From Octopus sinensis (lineage: Eukaryota): 64,000 bases of DNA. The stretch spans positions 43,028,001-43,092,000 of the forward strand of contig NC_043015.1 of NCBI RefSeq assembly GCF_006345805.1. Reading direction: 5' to 3'. This document shows, piece by piece, positions 1 to 12,194 of the stretch (the first letter of the stretch is position 1; each line of letters begins with the position of its first letter). A model generated the notes under the pieces. It saw nothing but the letters and a program-made list of their open reading frames with translations. It was not told the origin of the DNA and searched no databases. Position numbers and translations under genes: made by a program.

Positions 1-3000
1 CGATTTGTTCAACTAAAACCGATGCTCCAGCATGGCCACAGCCAAATGATTGAAACAAGTAAAAAAATAAAAGAATATATATATATGTCTCTGCCACTCC
101 CTCCCTGCTTGTCAACCAGTGTTGGTTCGGTTGTGTTCCCATGATAATGTTTTGGTTGGTGGGTTAACTGCGTATAAGTGCTGCTGCCTCGTTAGGTCAT
201 TGCACTGCTGGTTACTGTGAATATGAATCTCATTTATTTGCGCAAAGATTGAATTAAAGAGACACTTAAAATAAGTGTGAGTGTGCATGTGTGTGTGTGT
301 GTGTGTCTGTGTGTGAGGGTAAGAGAGAGAGAGAGGGAAAGAGAGAGAGAGGGTCAAGAGAGAAAGTGCGAGACTATAAGAAAGCCAGACAGCAAGAAAG
401 ATAATGCAGCGATATAGCTGAGGGACATCTATGAGAGACAAAGAGTGTGGTGGTGGTGGTGGTGGTGGTTGTTGGTGGTGGTAGGGGATGGGGGGAAAGA
501 AAAGAGAGGGGGGAAGAGAACGGAGAGAAAGCTTATTGAGAAGAACAAAAGAGAAAAAAAAAAAAAAAAAAAATAATTGTTTGGAGCCAAAAGATTTGGC
601 CGTGAGGAATTATTCTGAGTACAGAAGTTGATGCAAACAAGCATTATGCAGCTCAATGAACTTTGCAATAGTTAGGAATATTATTAGAGGGAGGTGGTGG
701 GGGGGGGGAGAGAATATGCATTTATTATAAACTGCTTTTTTAAGCAACAAGCAGTTTCTGGTTTGCTGCGTCTGTGGGGCCCCATAGAAATAATCTCACT
801 AAAATTAAAAAAAAAAAAAAAATTTTTTTTAAACGAAACGGAAATAAAACAATATGGAGTGATCAGAAGAAGGGTGTTGTGTTGTCAGTAATCTTCTCCA
901 GGATTAATTATACCACGAGTTGGAAGGGAGTAAAAATGATTTCAGAGTAGTGACCTGGTGTCAGAGGGGACCCCCTGTTAAAAAAGAAAAAAAAAAATTG
1001 AAGGACCAAAGTAGTGATGTTGAACCAGATGATAGATGAAGTCCAACATCACAGAGAAAGAATGGTTCCTCTGACAAGGTGAACTAAAAAGAATTAATAG
1101 GTTAATTCTCTTCTTCTTTTACTCATTTCAGTTATTTGACTGTGGCCATGCTGGAGGACCACCTTAAAGGATTTTTTAGTTGAAGAAATCGCCCCCACAA
1201 CTTATTCTTTGTAAGCCTGATACTTATTCCATTGGTCTCTTCTGCTAAACCACTAAGTTACAAGGACGTAAACACATCAACACCCGTTGTCAAGCAACAG
1301 TGAGGGGACAAACTCAGATACAAAGGTGCACTTAACCTCATAAGCAGCATACAATTCTTGTGGGTAAAAACAAAGTTCCAAAAATGGATACAGGAACTAC
1401 CAAAGCCTTGTGAGTGAATTTGGTAGACAGAAACTGAAAGAAGCCTGTCGTATATATGTCTATATATATATATATATGTATGTGTGTGTATATGTTTGTG
1501 TGTCTGTGTTTGTCCCCACCCCCAACATCGCTTGACAACCGACGGAGTTGTGTTTATGTCTCCGTAACTTAGTGGTTCAACAAAAATGACCAATAAGTAC
1601 TAGGCTTCCAAAGAATAAGTCCTGGGGTCGATTTTCTTGACTGAAGGCTCCAGCATGGCCACAGTCAAATGACTGAAACAAGTTAAAGAGTAAAAGAGTA
1701 GTTTTTCTATCTGGAACTCAATCTGGTATTATGTACACAAAGAGAAGTAAGATATCTAATGGTTGTTGGCGATCGCAACTGTTGAAACATGGTGTAGGTG
1801 TAAGTATTAAAAGTGTTTCCATCTCTGAAGAGGAGATTAATGACTCTCTGAAATATAACCATCACAGCTGTTAGCACATCTACAAATAACTCGTTATAGA
1901 CATGAAAATTCTTATCTTCAATCACTTTGACACATGACTCCAACGGTCTCCCACCCACAACCCACCGCCACCTCCTTCAAAGAGTGAAAGAATGGAAAAT
2001 GTAGATTAAAAGGTTTTAAATCGGAAGAAAATATAAAAAAAAAGAGTCAAGCCAAAGTTGAAAACGTTATGACGGTGAAGAGAACACGCCGGAAGAATAC
2101 GACTGAAATAGCTGTCGTTCTTGACAACGCTGCCATAACGGATATCAATAAAGTCCGTAAATATTAAATAAATACGAATTATTAATAGACAATAAAGTAA
2201 TTCAAAGTAGCTTTCATATTGCAACGGACTTCAATTGAACATCAAATGTATTGATTGATTTTCCACCAAAGAACAAAGCCAATTCCGGGACGAGGAAGGA
2301 AGAACGGATTCTACTAATTGAGATCCTTACCCAACACGCAAAATATTCCTGGTGGGGTTTTAGGTGTTTTTGTCACTAAGCAGCTCCTAACAAGACAAAT
2401 CTGTAGATGGGGTTTCAATCTCAGTTAGCAGCTTTCTTTCCATCTGTTCAACTTATGCCTTCAGAAAAACGATGTATCTTATTTTCAGGCAGAGAAGCTG
2501 ACATAATACGTAGTGTAGACACATTCAAACGGTGTCACTATCTTTCCAAATCCTGTTGCATTTCACATGGCATTTTGGGTCCCCCAAAGTTGTCCTGGTG
2601 TATAAGTAAACCTATCATTTTTGGATAACTCTTTTACTTGTTTCAGTCATTTGACTTTGGCCATGTTGGAGCACTGCCATAAGTCGAGCAAATCGACCCC
2701 AGGACTTATTCTTTGTAAGCCTAGTACTTATTCTATCGGTCTCTTTTGCCGAACCGCTAAGTTACGGGGACGTAAACACACCAGCATCGGTTGTCAAGCG
2801 ATGTTGGGGGACAAACACAGTCACACAAACATAAAAGGCACCCACTACACTCACAGAGTGATTGGCGTTAAGAAGGGCATCGAGCTGTAGAAACACTGTC
2901 AGATCAAACTGGAGCCTGGTGCAGCCTCCTGGCTTCCCAGACCCCGGTCGAACCATCCAACCCATGCTAGCATGGAAAACAGAGATCAAATGATGATGAT

Positions 3001-3492
3001 GATATATATATATATATTATTGAGTGGACACATGAAAGAAAGTAACATTCAACACAATTAGCAGGAGTGCATCGGAACGACAAGTTAGGTTCATTCCGGA
3101 AGCCTATGGCACTAAGATGTATGGAGCTGATTCAAACTGTTATCTAAATAATAAATGTGATTATTCCAAGATGACTGCATCATATATCAAAAGGAAGTTG
3201 TCTTGAAATGCTTCATATGTAATTTATCAATAAAACTGTTTTAGTGTACAGAGGCGTTTTAATATTTAATTCCAGGAATTGCACAACAACGGGTTTCATA
3301 AGCTTTCTTTCCATATTGTCGTGATTGAACAAGTTCCAGCACTGCTCTGGATATTGACTACAGAGCAGCTGTGGGTGTGTATGTGTGTGTGCGCGTATGT
3401 GTGTGTGTGTGTGTGTATTTGTATGTACTTTATTAAAAAGCAGCAGAAATTCAACAAAACCTGCTACTCTGAGTTTCACATTCCCATTCAAA

Positions 3493-3530
3493 CTGTCCGA
3501 CGAACGGGAACGTGAAACTCAGAGTAACAG
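3493..3530 (+). ncRNA. Minimal type-I hammerhead-like motif (CCGACGA core)
   Basis: CTGT | CCGACGA | ACG-GGAA-CGT | GAAAC TCAGA GTA | ACAG. Stems I, II and III all pair. It lies inside an inverted repeat with arms of about 60 bp. Confidence 0.65.
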
Positions 3531-3634
3531 GTTTTGTTGAATTTTCTGCTGCTTTTTAAATAAAGCATATTACTCTACCCCTGGTATTTCAGTACTCTTT
3601 TTTCCACCTTGTTTCACATTTATGTGTTTACTCC

Positions 3635-3673
<39 letters not shown>

Positions 3674-4035
3674 TCATCATCATCGTTTAACGTCCGCTTT
3701 CCATGCTAGCATATATATATATATATATAGCCTCATATATATATATAAAGCCTCCATATTCTTTATCATTAATAATAATATGTACCCCCAGACGATATTT
3801 ACCATCCAGTTAAATACTGATCGTTGTGGTTAGCCATTAAGTGGAACTTAACTGAAAGCTAATATGGTATTCTCTTGGATAATATATCCTTCCAAACTCA
3901 CTCATATATATTACATAACAGTCACAGAAGTCTGGTGCAGGCTTCTGCCTGGCCGATTCCTGTGAAACTGTTCCACCCATGCCAGCATGGAAAGCGGACG
4001 TTAAACGATGCTTCTCCTTGTTTTTTTCTGTGTTC

Positions 4036-4071
4036 CTTTCTGTAGAAGAGGGTAGGCTCGAAATGTAAAAG
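4036..4071 (+). ncRNA. Minimal hammerhead-like motif (CTGTAGA core), decayed
   Basis: CTTT | CTGTAGA | A | GAGG-GTAG-GCTC | GAAAT GTA | AAAG. A sister copy is at 49621-49656. Confidence 0.55.
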
Positions 4072-4163
4072 ACTTTTTCTATTCCTGAGCGTTATACTAA
4101 TACATCTGTTTGTTTTGTACACCACTTGTCTTCGTCGTCTTTTGTTTTTTCGTAAACTCTCCC

Positions 4164-4196
<33 letters not shown>

Positions 4197-4236
4197 TAAT
4201 ATATATATATAATATATATATTATATATATATATGG

Positions 4237-4470
4237 TGAAGGTGCATGACACAGTGATTAGAATGTCAAGCTTTCGATCATGAGGTTGTGAGTTCAAATC
4301 CCGGACCAGGCTGCGTTTTGTGTTCTTGAGCAAGACACTTTATTTCACGTTGCTCCAGTCTGCTCACCTTCAGAAATAAATTGCGACATCACAGGTGCCA
4401 AGCTGTATCGGCCCCTTTGCCTTTCTCTTGGATAACATTGGTGGCATGGAGAGGGGTGGACGGTATGCTA
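4237..4470 (+). mobile_element. tRNA-derived SINE with CORE-like tgtgttcttgagcaagacac domain
   Basis: A/B-box-like head (gagttcaaatccc). Related copies at about 9380-9700 (+), 28330-28560 (-) and 43900-44237 (-). Confidence 0.7.
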
Positions 4471-4780
4471 CTTACCATACAGCCACTCCCGCACCTACAT
4501 AATGTATCCATAAAACACAAACATTATGGAACAAGCTAACAAGCTCTTTATAAGGCCTTTTCCTAATATATGAATGCAACCATTCTGCAAATACAAACTT
4601 ACCCAGTATGCAAATGTCAGTTGTGTTCTTTCCAGTACATCCTTGTTTAACAACCAGCATATGACATCAAAATGAGGGTACACATGCATGCAAGGGTCTC
4701 CTCTCAGTTTCTATCCATGAAATCCACCCCCAAGGCTTTAGTTGGCCAGTAGGTATAGAAGAAGATATTTGCCCCAGGGT

Positions 4781-5558
4781 ACCTATTTCTTTACTACCCA
4801 CAAGGGGCTAAACACAGAGAGGACAAACAAACGGATTAAGTCGATTATATCGACCCCAGTGCGTAACTGGTACTTATTTAATCGACCCTGAAAGGATGAA
4901 AGGCAAAGTCGACCTCAGCGGAATTTGAACTCAGAATGTAGCGGCAGATGAAATACCTATTTCTTTACTACCCACAAGGGGCTAAACACAGAGAGGACAA
5001 ACAAAGACAGACAAACGGATTAAGTCGATTATATCGACCCCAGTGCGTAACTGGTACTTATTTAATCGACCCTGAAAGGATGAAAAGCAAAGTCGACCTC
5101 AGCGGAATTTGAACTCAGAATGTAGCGGCAGACGAAATACCTATTTCTTTACTACCCACAAGGGGCTAAACACAGAGAGGACAAACAAAGACAGACAAAC
5201 GGATTAAGTCGATTATATCGACCCCAGTGCGTAACTGGTACTTATTTAATCGACCCTGAAAGGATGAAAGGCAAAGTCGACCTCGGCGGAATTTGAACTC
5301 AGAATGTAGCGGCAGACGAAATACCTATTTCTTTACTACCCACAAGGGGCTAAACACAGAGAGGACAAACAAGGACAGACAAAGGTATTAAGTCGATTAT
5401 ATCGATCCCAGTGTGTAACTGGTCCTTAATTTATCGACCCTGAAAGGATGAAAGGCAAAGTTGACCTCGGCGGAATTTGAACTCAGAACGTAACGGCAGA
5501 TGAAATACTGCTAAGCATTTCGCCCGACGTGCTAATGATTCTGCCAGCTCGCCGTCTT
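4781..5558 (-). mobile_element. tRNA-derived SINE with four tandem ~184-bp body units
   Basis: One head (ggcgagctggcagaatc..gcttagc) plus units starting at 4781, 4955, 5139 and 5323. Central domain gcctttcatcctttcagggtcgat. TSD-like ttgccc(c)a(a/g)ggtacc on both flanks, inside an older CORE-type SINE. Confidence 0.85.
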
Positions 5559-6284
5559 GCCCAAGGTACCATGCAGTGGGAGGACACCCATGATCACATG
5601 GTTGAGAAGCAAGGAGAACATGTCGTAGATTACTACTTACAGTAATGAAGTAGGCTTAATTTTTCATGCTCTCATTCCTTTTTTTTTTTTTGGTATGGCC
5701 TCCAAGAATATATAAAATCTTATTCTTAGCTTCCGATTTCTTCCCACATGTATGTTCCATAAATAATCACCGATTAACAAAAGAAGACTTACAAAGACGT
5801 GTCTTTTGACATGTTTCATAACAGGAAGATTCGGATGTAATCCAGAGGAGAAGCAGAGGCGGAGGCGTCATTATGCCAGTCTTAGCAGATGGCCAGCAAT
5901 GATGGAGAAACAGCAGAATTAAGCAGGTCAAGAGAGGTGGTGGTCAGTGATGGAGGAGGTTTAAATGGCTTAATGTACAACTTAAGTAATTGAAGAGTGT
6001 AAAGGAAATCATTTACTATTGATGTATGTGTGTATGTGGATTTGGTAGACGGAAATTGAAAGAAGACTGTCTTATGTGTGTATGTGTGTGTGTGTTTATG
6101 TGTTTGCATCTCCATAACTTAGCAGTTCAGCAAAAGAAACTAACAGAATAAGTACCAGGCTTTACAAAAAATAACAAATCCTGGGTTTGATTTATTTGAC
6201 TAAAGCTCTTCAAGGTGATGACCCTGCATATATATCCATATCTATATCTATATCTATATATGTATGTATATATTCTTTTTAATC

Positions 6285-6497
6285 TTTTTTCTTTCTTTTA
6301 CTTGTTTCTGTCATTTGACTGCGGCCATGTTGGAGCACTGCCTTTAGTCGAGCAAATCGACCCCAGGACTTATTTGTTGTAAGCCTAGTACTTATTCCTT
6401 CGGTCTCTTTCGCCGAACTGCTACTCTACGGGGATGTAAACACACCAACATCAGTTGTCAAGCGATGTTGAGGGGACAAACACAGACACACATACAA

Positions 6498-6528
<31 letters not shown>

Positions 6529-6682
6529 CGACGGGCTTCTTTCAGTTTCCGTCTGCCAAATCCACTCACAAGGCTTTGGCTGGCCCGAGTTTATAGTAGA
6601 AGACACTTGCCCAAGGTGCCAGGCAGTGGGACTGAACCCGGAACCATGTGGTTGGTAAGCAAACTACTTAATGCACAGCCAC
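6285..6682 (-). mobile_element. CORE-type tRNA SINE (octopus OR2-like)
   Basis: Head tggctgtg..ggttcagtccc, CORE ggcaccttgggcaagt, internal (TA)n(TG)n and tail ccagcatggccgcagtcaaatgactgaaacaagtaaaag. Confidence 0.8.
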
Positions 6683-7081
6683 TTGTTTTTTGTTTTTTTT
6701 TACTTATTATACACGATTTAGAGGGGAGTCAGACTGAGCCATGTGCCACAGGCCAACCCCAGCTCATGGGTTGTATACTTGACATCCCTGTTCCACATGG
6801 TTGATCAATCTGCTAGAAACAGCAGCCAAACACCGAACACCTTTCAAATAACATGCCGCCACCTTAACCAAAACAAAACCAGATAGTAAATAATACAGTC
6901 CTACATAACCTTACAAAAGCAAAAACCCCAAAAAACATGATGGTCATATATGGAATCCCTTTTATCAGATGTCTGCTAAATCAGGGACTGATCAGAAACT
7001 AAAGAGCCAGAACAACAACATCAAGATTACAGTTCTGTTAAAAGGTTTAAAAGTTTAACAGCAACATGCAGTATCTATAGT

Positions 7082-7383
7082 GACCGTGACCGACCAGGCT
7101 ATCAGATGTTGCTACACATCGCTGGTCACAATGCGCTTTGCATTGTTTTAGCCTTCAAATGATGCCACCCCGCTGTCTAAGCGAGCAGGCCAACAGAAGA
7201 AAGAGTGAGAGAATGTTGTGGTGAAAGAGTACAGCAGGGATCGCCACCACCCCCTGCCAGAGCCTCGTGGAACTTTTAGGTGTTTTCGCTTAATAAACAC
7301 TCACAATGCCCGGTCTGGGAATCGAAACCGCGATCCTACAACCGCGAGTCCGCTGCCCTAACCACTGGGCCATTGCGCCTCCA
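7082..7383 (-). mobile_element. Full-length tRNA-derived SINE with (GGTCAC)n tail and TSD
   Basis: A box tggcccagtgg and B box gtttcgattccc. 13-bp TSD cag(t/c)atctatagt at 7069-7081 and 7384-7396. A second copy is at 44980-45257 (+). Confidence 0.85.
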
Positions 7384-7529
7384 CAGCATCTATAGTAAGC
7401 TGTACTAATTTCATATAACGTATTAAGAGAACTGCAAGATTAACAGGATTGTTGTTAAATATAATCCACATTTATTTATAGTTGAGTGACTTCACTTTTA
7501 ACATCTTGTGTCAGTCAGGAGTTTATATT

Positions 7530-7576
7530 TATCAAGATGCAATGAACTGGCTGTATGATTTAATACAGAAGCTGTA

Positions 7577-7618
<42 letters not shown>

Positions 7619-9380
7619 GTGTATTGATATTTCATATTTAGAAGAAGCACTGAATTAGGTGTTTGATTTGACATACATTAGCTGGGTGTATGCGTTAATA
7701 TATATATATCGATACTTTATAGCCAAGAGAAGAGAAGAATCAGCTGAATGATTTAACATACTCCAGGTGAGTGTATATATATCAATATACAGCAATACTT
7801 TATATTCAGGAGAAGATATGAGTTAGCTTGAATAATTTAACATTTTAACATACATCAGCTGTGTGTGTATGTGTGTGCGTGTGTGTATCAATATTTCATA
7901 TTGAAAAGAATGAATTAGATGAATAATTTAATATACATCAGGTGTGTGTGTGTCTATCTATCTATCTATCTATCTATCAATCTATATACATATATATATA
8001 TACATACATATACATACATACATACTACATACATAGATACATACATACATATATATATAGGTGACATGCTGTGCTTGAGGAGACCGACTGAGTCAAGTAC
8101 ATCAAAATAAAATGGAAATTGCAGTTGTGATCTCCGTGCCAGTGGCACATAAAAAGCACTATCCGAACGTGGCTGATACCAGCGCCACCTTGATTGGCTT
8201 CTGTACTGGTGGCATGTAAAAAGTACCAACCGATTGTGGTCATCGCCAGCCTCCTCTGGCCCTTGTGCCAGTGGCACGTAAAAAGCACCCACTACACTCT
8301 CAGAGTGGTTGGCATTAGGAAGGACATCAAGCTGTAGAAACGCTGCCAGATCAGATTGGAGCCTGGTGCAGCTTCCTGGCTTCCCAGACCCCAGCCGAAC
8401 CATCCAACCCATGCCAGCATGGAAAACGGACGTTAAACAATAAAGATGATGATGATATATATATATAAATAAATACTTCATATTTTGAAGCTGTGAATTA
8501 GATGAGTGATTAAACATCCATCAATCCATTCGGTGGTTATATGGCAATCATCACTTTCATCCTACAATCTCTGTTTTTCATGCTGGCATGGGTTGGACGG
8601 TTTGGCAGAAGCTAGCAAGCCAGAGGACTTCACTAAGCTCCAATATCTTTTCTGGTATGGTTTCCACGACTCGAGGCTCTTCTTAAAACCAACCACTTAA
8701 CAGGGTGTTGTGGGTGCTTTCGACATGGTAAAGGTATCAGAGAGGTCACCGAGTTACTTGCAAGACAAGATTCCTCAACGGAGGTAGGAGAGGTAGTATT
8801 GACAGGGGAGGTAACTGTTGTGATTTAGCTGGGGGTGATTTAACATCCATCAACTCAATCTATAATTCAATACTTTATAGTTCAGAGAAGCCATGAATCA
8901 GAGGAGTGATTTAAGATTCAATCAGGTGTGTATATATATCGATACATTATATTTAGAAAAAAGCCATAAATTTAGTTGGATGAGTTAATATCCATCAGCT
9001 TGGCGTACATTAATACATAATATGTTGAAATTGGAAGGTCATTACAGTTGGAAGAGCAAGAAGCTGTAAAAGACATCTGTGAACCGATGACATCAAAGAA
9101 TGAAGGTAAACGGGAGCCTTGCTGATCGTATGCAGGTAACACAACACAGAGGAAAGTGGAGAGTTTTGGTGAGCTGATCCCTGGACACAAGAAGGGAGGA
9201 AGGGCATCTAGGTGATGATAAACAGAAGAAGCTGTGAATTAACTGAGTTGTTTAGCCATTACCAGCTGGGTGTATACTGATATTTAAGATTTAGGGGCCC
9301 TGAATTATCACAGTGCTTTAACCTCAATTAGCAGATTATATATCAACACATTTCTTTCAGGAGATGCAAATGAAATTTAC
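7530..9380. repeat. Ancient degenerate ~65-70-bp tandem array interrupted by TEs
   Basis: Recurrent unit resembling ATCAATACTTTATATTTAGAAGAAGCTGTGAATTAGCTGAGTGATTTAACATCCATCAGCTGGGTGT, in patches at 7530-7950, 8470-8530, 8815-9040 and 9225-9380. Confidence 0.6.
8063..8455 (+). mobile_element. RTE-LINE 3'UTR fragment with (GAT)n tail
   Basis: gtgccagtggcacgtaaaaagcacc subrepeats, ending in cccatgccagcatggaaaacggacgttaa and (GAT)n. Same family as 32296-32783. Confidence 0.7.
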
Positions 9381-9874
9381 ATGGCTTAGTGGTTAGGGTA
9401 ATTGGATCACGATCATAATGTCGCGAGTTCGATCCCTGGACTGGGCTGTGTATTGTGCTCTTGAGCAAGACACTTTAATTCATGTTGCTCTGGTCCACTC
9501 ACCTGGCGAAAATGAGGTACCCGTATTTCAAAGGGCTAGCCTTGTCACATTCTGTGTTACACTGAATCTCCCTGAGAACTACGTTAGGGGTACACATGTC
9601 TGTGGAGTGCTCAGCAACTTGCCTGTTAATTTCACGAGCAGGCTGTTCCGTTGATCAGATCAACTGGAACCCTCGTCATCGTAACCGATGGAGGGCCAGT
9701 GATTTTTAATATTTTAATGTCCTGGATATGACATTGATCTGCATCCAGTGGTGAAGCACCAGTTCAGGAGTTGGGGAGTTGTGAGGAGCATGAAATGACC
9801 CCTCAATTACCTTTACTCCCAGGTCCATTCTGAGCCAGAACAGTAGTACCTGTCAGGTTCCCATCTATGGTTAA

Positions 9875-10096
9875 CCCTTTCGTTACCGTATTTATTTTGA
9901 GACGCTCTGTGTTTCTTTCAATTAATTTTAAATATAACAAAGAATTTAGTAAAATAATTTAGTTATCATTAAACTGGTGTTAGGGACATGAATTGTGACA
10001 AAGATTTGGTGGAAGATTTTAATTCAAAATTTATGAAAACAAGACATTTGTACTACAGAACCAGAGCCAGTTTTAGCTGGGTTGTTAACGAAAGGG
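9875..10096. mobile_element. piggyBac-type MITE
   Basis: TTAA|CCCTTTCGTTA...TAACGAAAGGG|TTAA. Related copies at about 28563-28772 and 62975-63205. Confidence 0.85.
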
Positions 10097-10874
10097 TTAA
10101 ATAAGTTTTTGTAAGGGTAGACTGAGCTCCTTAGCTGTGATGAAAGTAATCAATCTAGGAAAAGAAAAATTCAAAAATTAAGACCCACTTCCAACATGCC
10201 CATAACCAGTATGGCCGATAGAACTAACATGAGGTGTACCCAATAACATGCATTGAGATCAGATGGCGTCACATCCAGACCCTCAACAGGCAACCTGAAA
10301 GACACATCAGCAGCCCTAGGTCAGCATGATAAATGTAACCAGGGGTTTACTCCAACAGGATTGAATACTACAGAGGCAACCATCTCATGTTGGCGCTTAT
10401 TCTGGCACAGGCAGAGAAACAGCAGGGGATGACAATGCACATTGGTGCAAGGTTGGTTCTTGAGGGAACCTAGCAGCAGTGTTGTATGAGAAGGGGATAC
10501 ATTGCTTGGTGATAATCATTCCAGATCGCTCTGTTCTGAGTTCAAATCCCGCCAGGATCAACTTTACTTTTCACTGAAGTCCATTCATCTCTTTTGTCTC
10601 ACTTTTTCTTTCTCTTTTCAGGAAGAAATCGTCTTTAGTTAGACCTGGAGAGGAATGGCTTTACAATTTCCGTCAAAGGGCCAGGGATGAAACCCAAGGC
10701 AAGATTTTATTATCAGTTGGTTCTGGAAGGACAGAAAGCAAAGCTGACTTCAGAGGGGTCTGGTGCTTGTTCCCATTAGCACCTCAATAGTTTGAGTGGT
10801 GTCATTACAATGGACATGCTGGAATATTCTACAGTAGAGATGTAACAGAGAGAGGGAGACAAATATGGGTGAGA

Positions 10875-10910
<36 letters not shown>

Positions 10911-11049
10911 GGGTATAGCAATTAGAGACCTAAAAAGGGTTGAAATATTGTGGCTGAGTCTGTTTAGTGATGGAGAAAGGTTACAAGACATTTACTGCGG
11001 GACTGTTGTTTAGTTGCCAATGACAATAACAAAAGACAACAAAGTAGTG

Positions 11050-11870
11050 ACGACTATGACGCCATAGCTGCTGCTGCTGCTGATGATGATGATGGTAAAG
11101 ATGATGGTGATGATGACGACTGTACAAAAGTCATCAATTTATAGAACCAAGCTAACAGAGCAGGACAGATCGAAAGCTGAAGTGGTTGGCTTACAGGAAT
11201 CATTATTATTAAATGAGCATGGAGAAGATTTTGAGATAACGAGGAAAGCTGAGGATGGGTTGGAGGTGATGGTGGTGATGATGATGATGTTGGAGTTTGG
11301 TAAAAATGGTGGTGGTGTTGATGTAGGTAGTGGTGTTGGCGGTGGTGGTAGAAGGGCAGGAGGATAAAGGAGCCAAACGGTGGCACTTATAGAGATGATG
11401 GCAATAATAAAGATGGAGTGAATGATGATGATGATGACGATGATGGTGGTGATGAAAGTGAATTATGGAGTGGGTGTGTCAGGCGGTGGGAGGTGGGGGT
11501 CACTGGTGGCTTGAATAAGAATGACAAGAATAGCCACATTCGAGTTGCTGATGGTGGCGGTGAAGAGCAATGATGTTGATACAATGATAGTGATGGTGAT
11601 GATGATGATGATGATGATGGTGGCAATAATGTTTACGTTGATAATGATGATTGATGACTTACGCCCCTGACGACGATGACAATTGCAAAGATTTTAATGA
11701 TAGTGATGGTGATAATGATGATGATGATCAAGATACTGGAGTTAATGGCTTGATAATTACAATGATGACAAGGATGGTGATGATTGATAATAACAATGAT
11801 AATGATGATGGTGATAATGTCAATGACGATGATAACGATAATTAGGATTATGCTGACGGCAATGATGATG
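11050..11870. repeat. (GAT/GGT)n degenerate trinucleotide tract
   Basis: Low-complexity gat/ggt repeats. Confidence 0.85.
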
Positions 11871-12151
11871 ATCTCAAATCTTTGAGAGCATTTCGAAAGC
11901 AAGATGGTTTCCAACTCAAAAGTCAAGTAATGAGTTTGTATATATATACATACGTATATTAATATTTTTACATACACACACACACACACATATATATATA
12001 CATATATATTTGTATATATATACATACATATATATGTTTGTATATAGATACACATGTTTGTATATATATATATAGATATATGTTTGTGTAATATATATCT
12101 TCATCATCATCATCATCATCATTTAACATCCGTTTTCCATGCTAGCATGGG

Positions 12152-12194
<43 letters not shown>

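Noticed and set aside
5730-5750. Minus-strand TGG GAA GAA ATC GGA as the next Nudix exon
   Set aside because: An in-frame stop follows and there is no HRT/DWED context.
9065-9185. RTE-like C-terminal remnant (TDDIKE..QHRGKWRVLV)
   Set aside because: Too short and decayed to annotate confidently.
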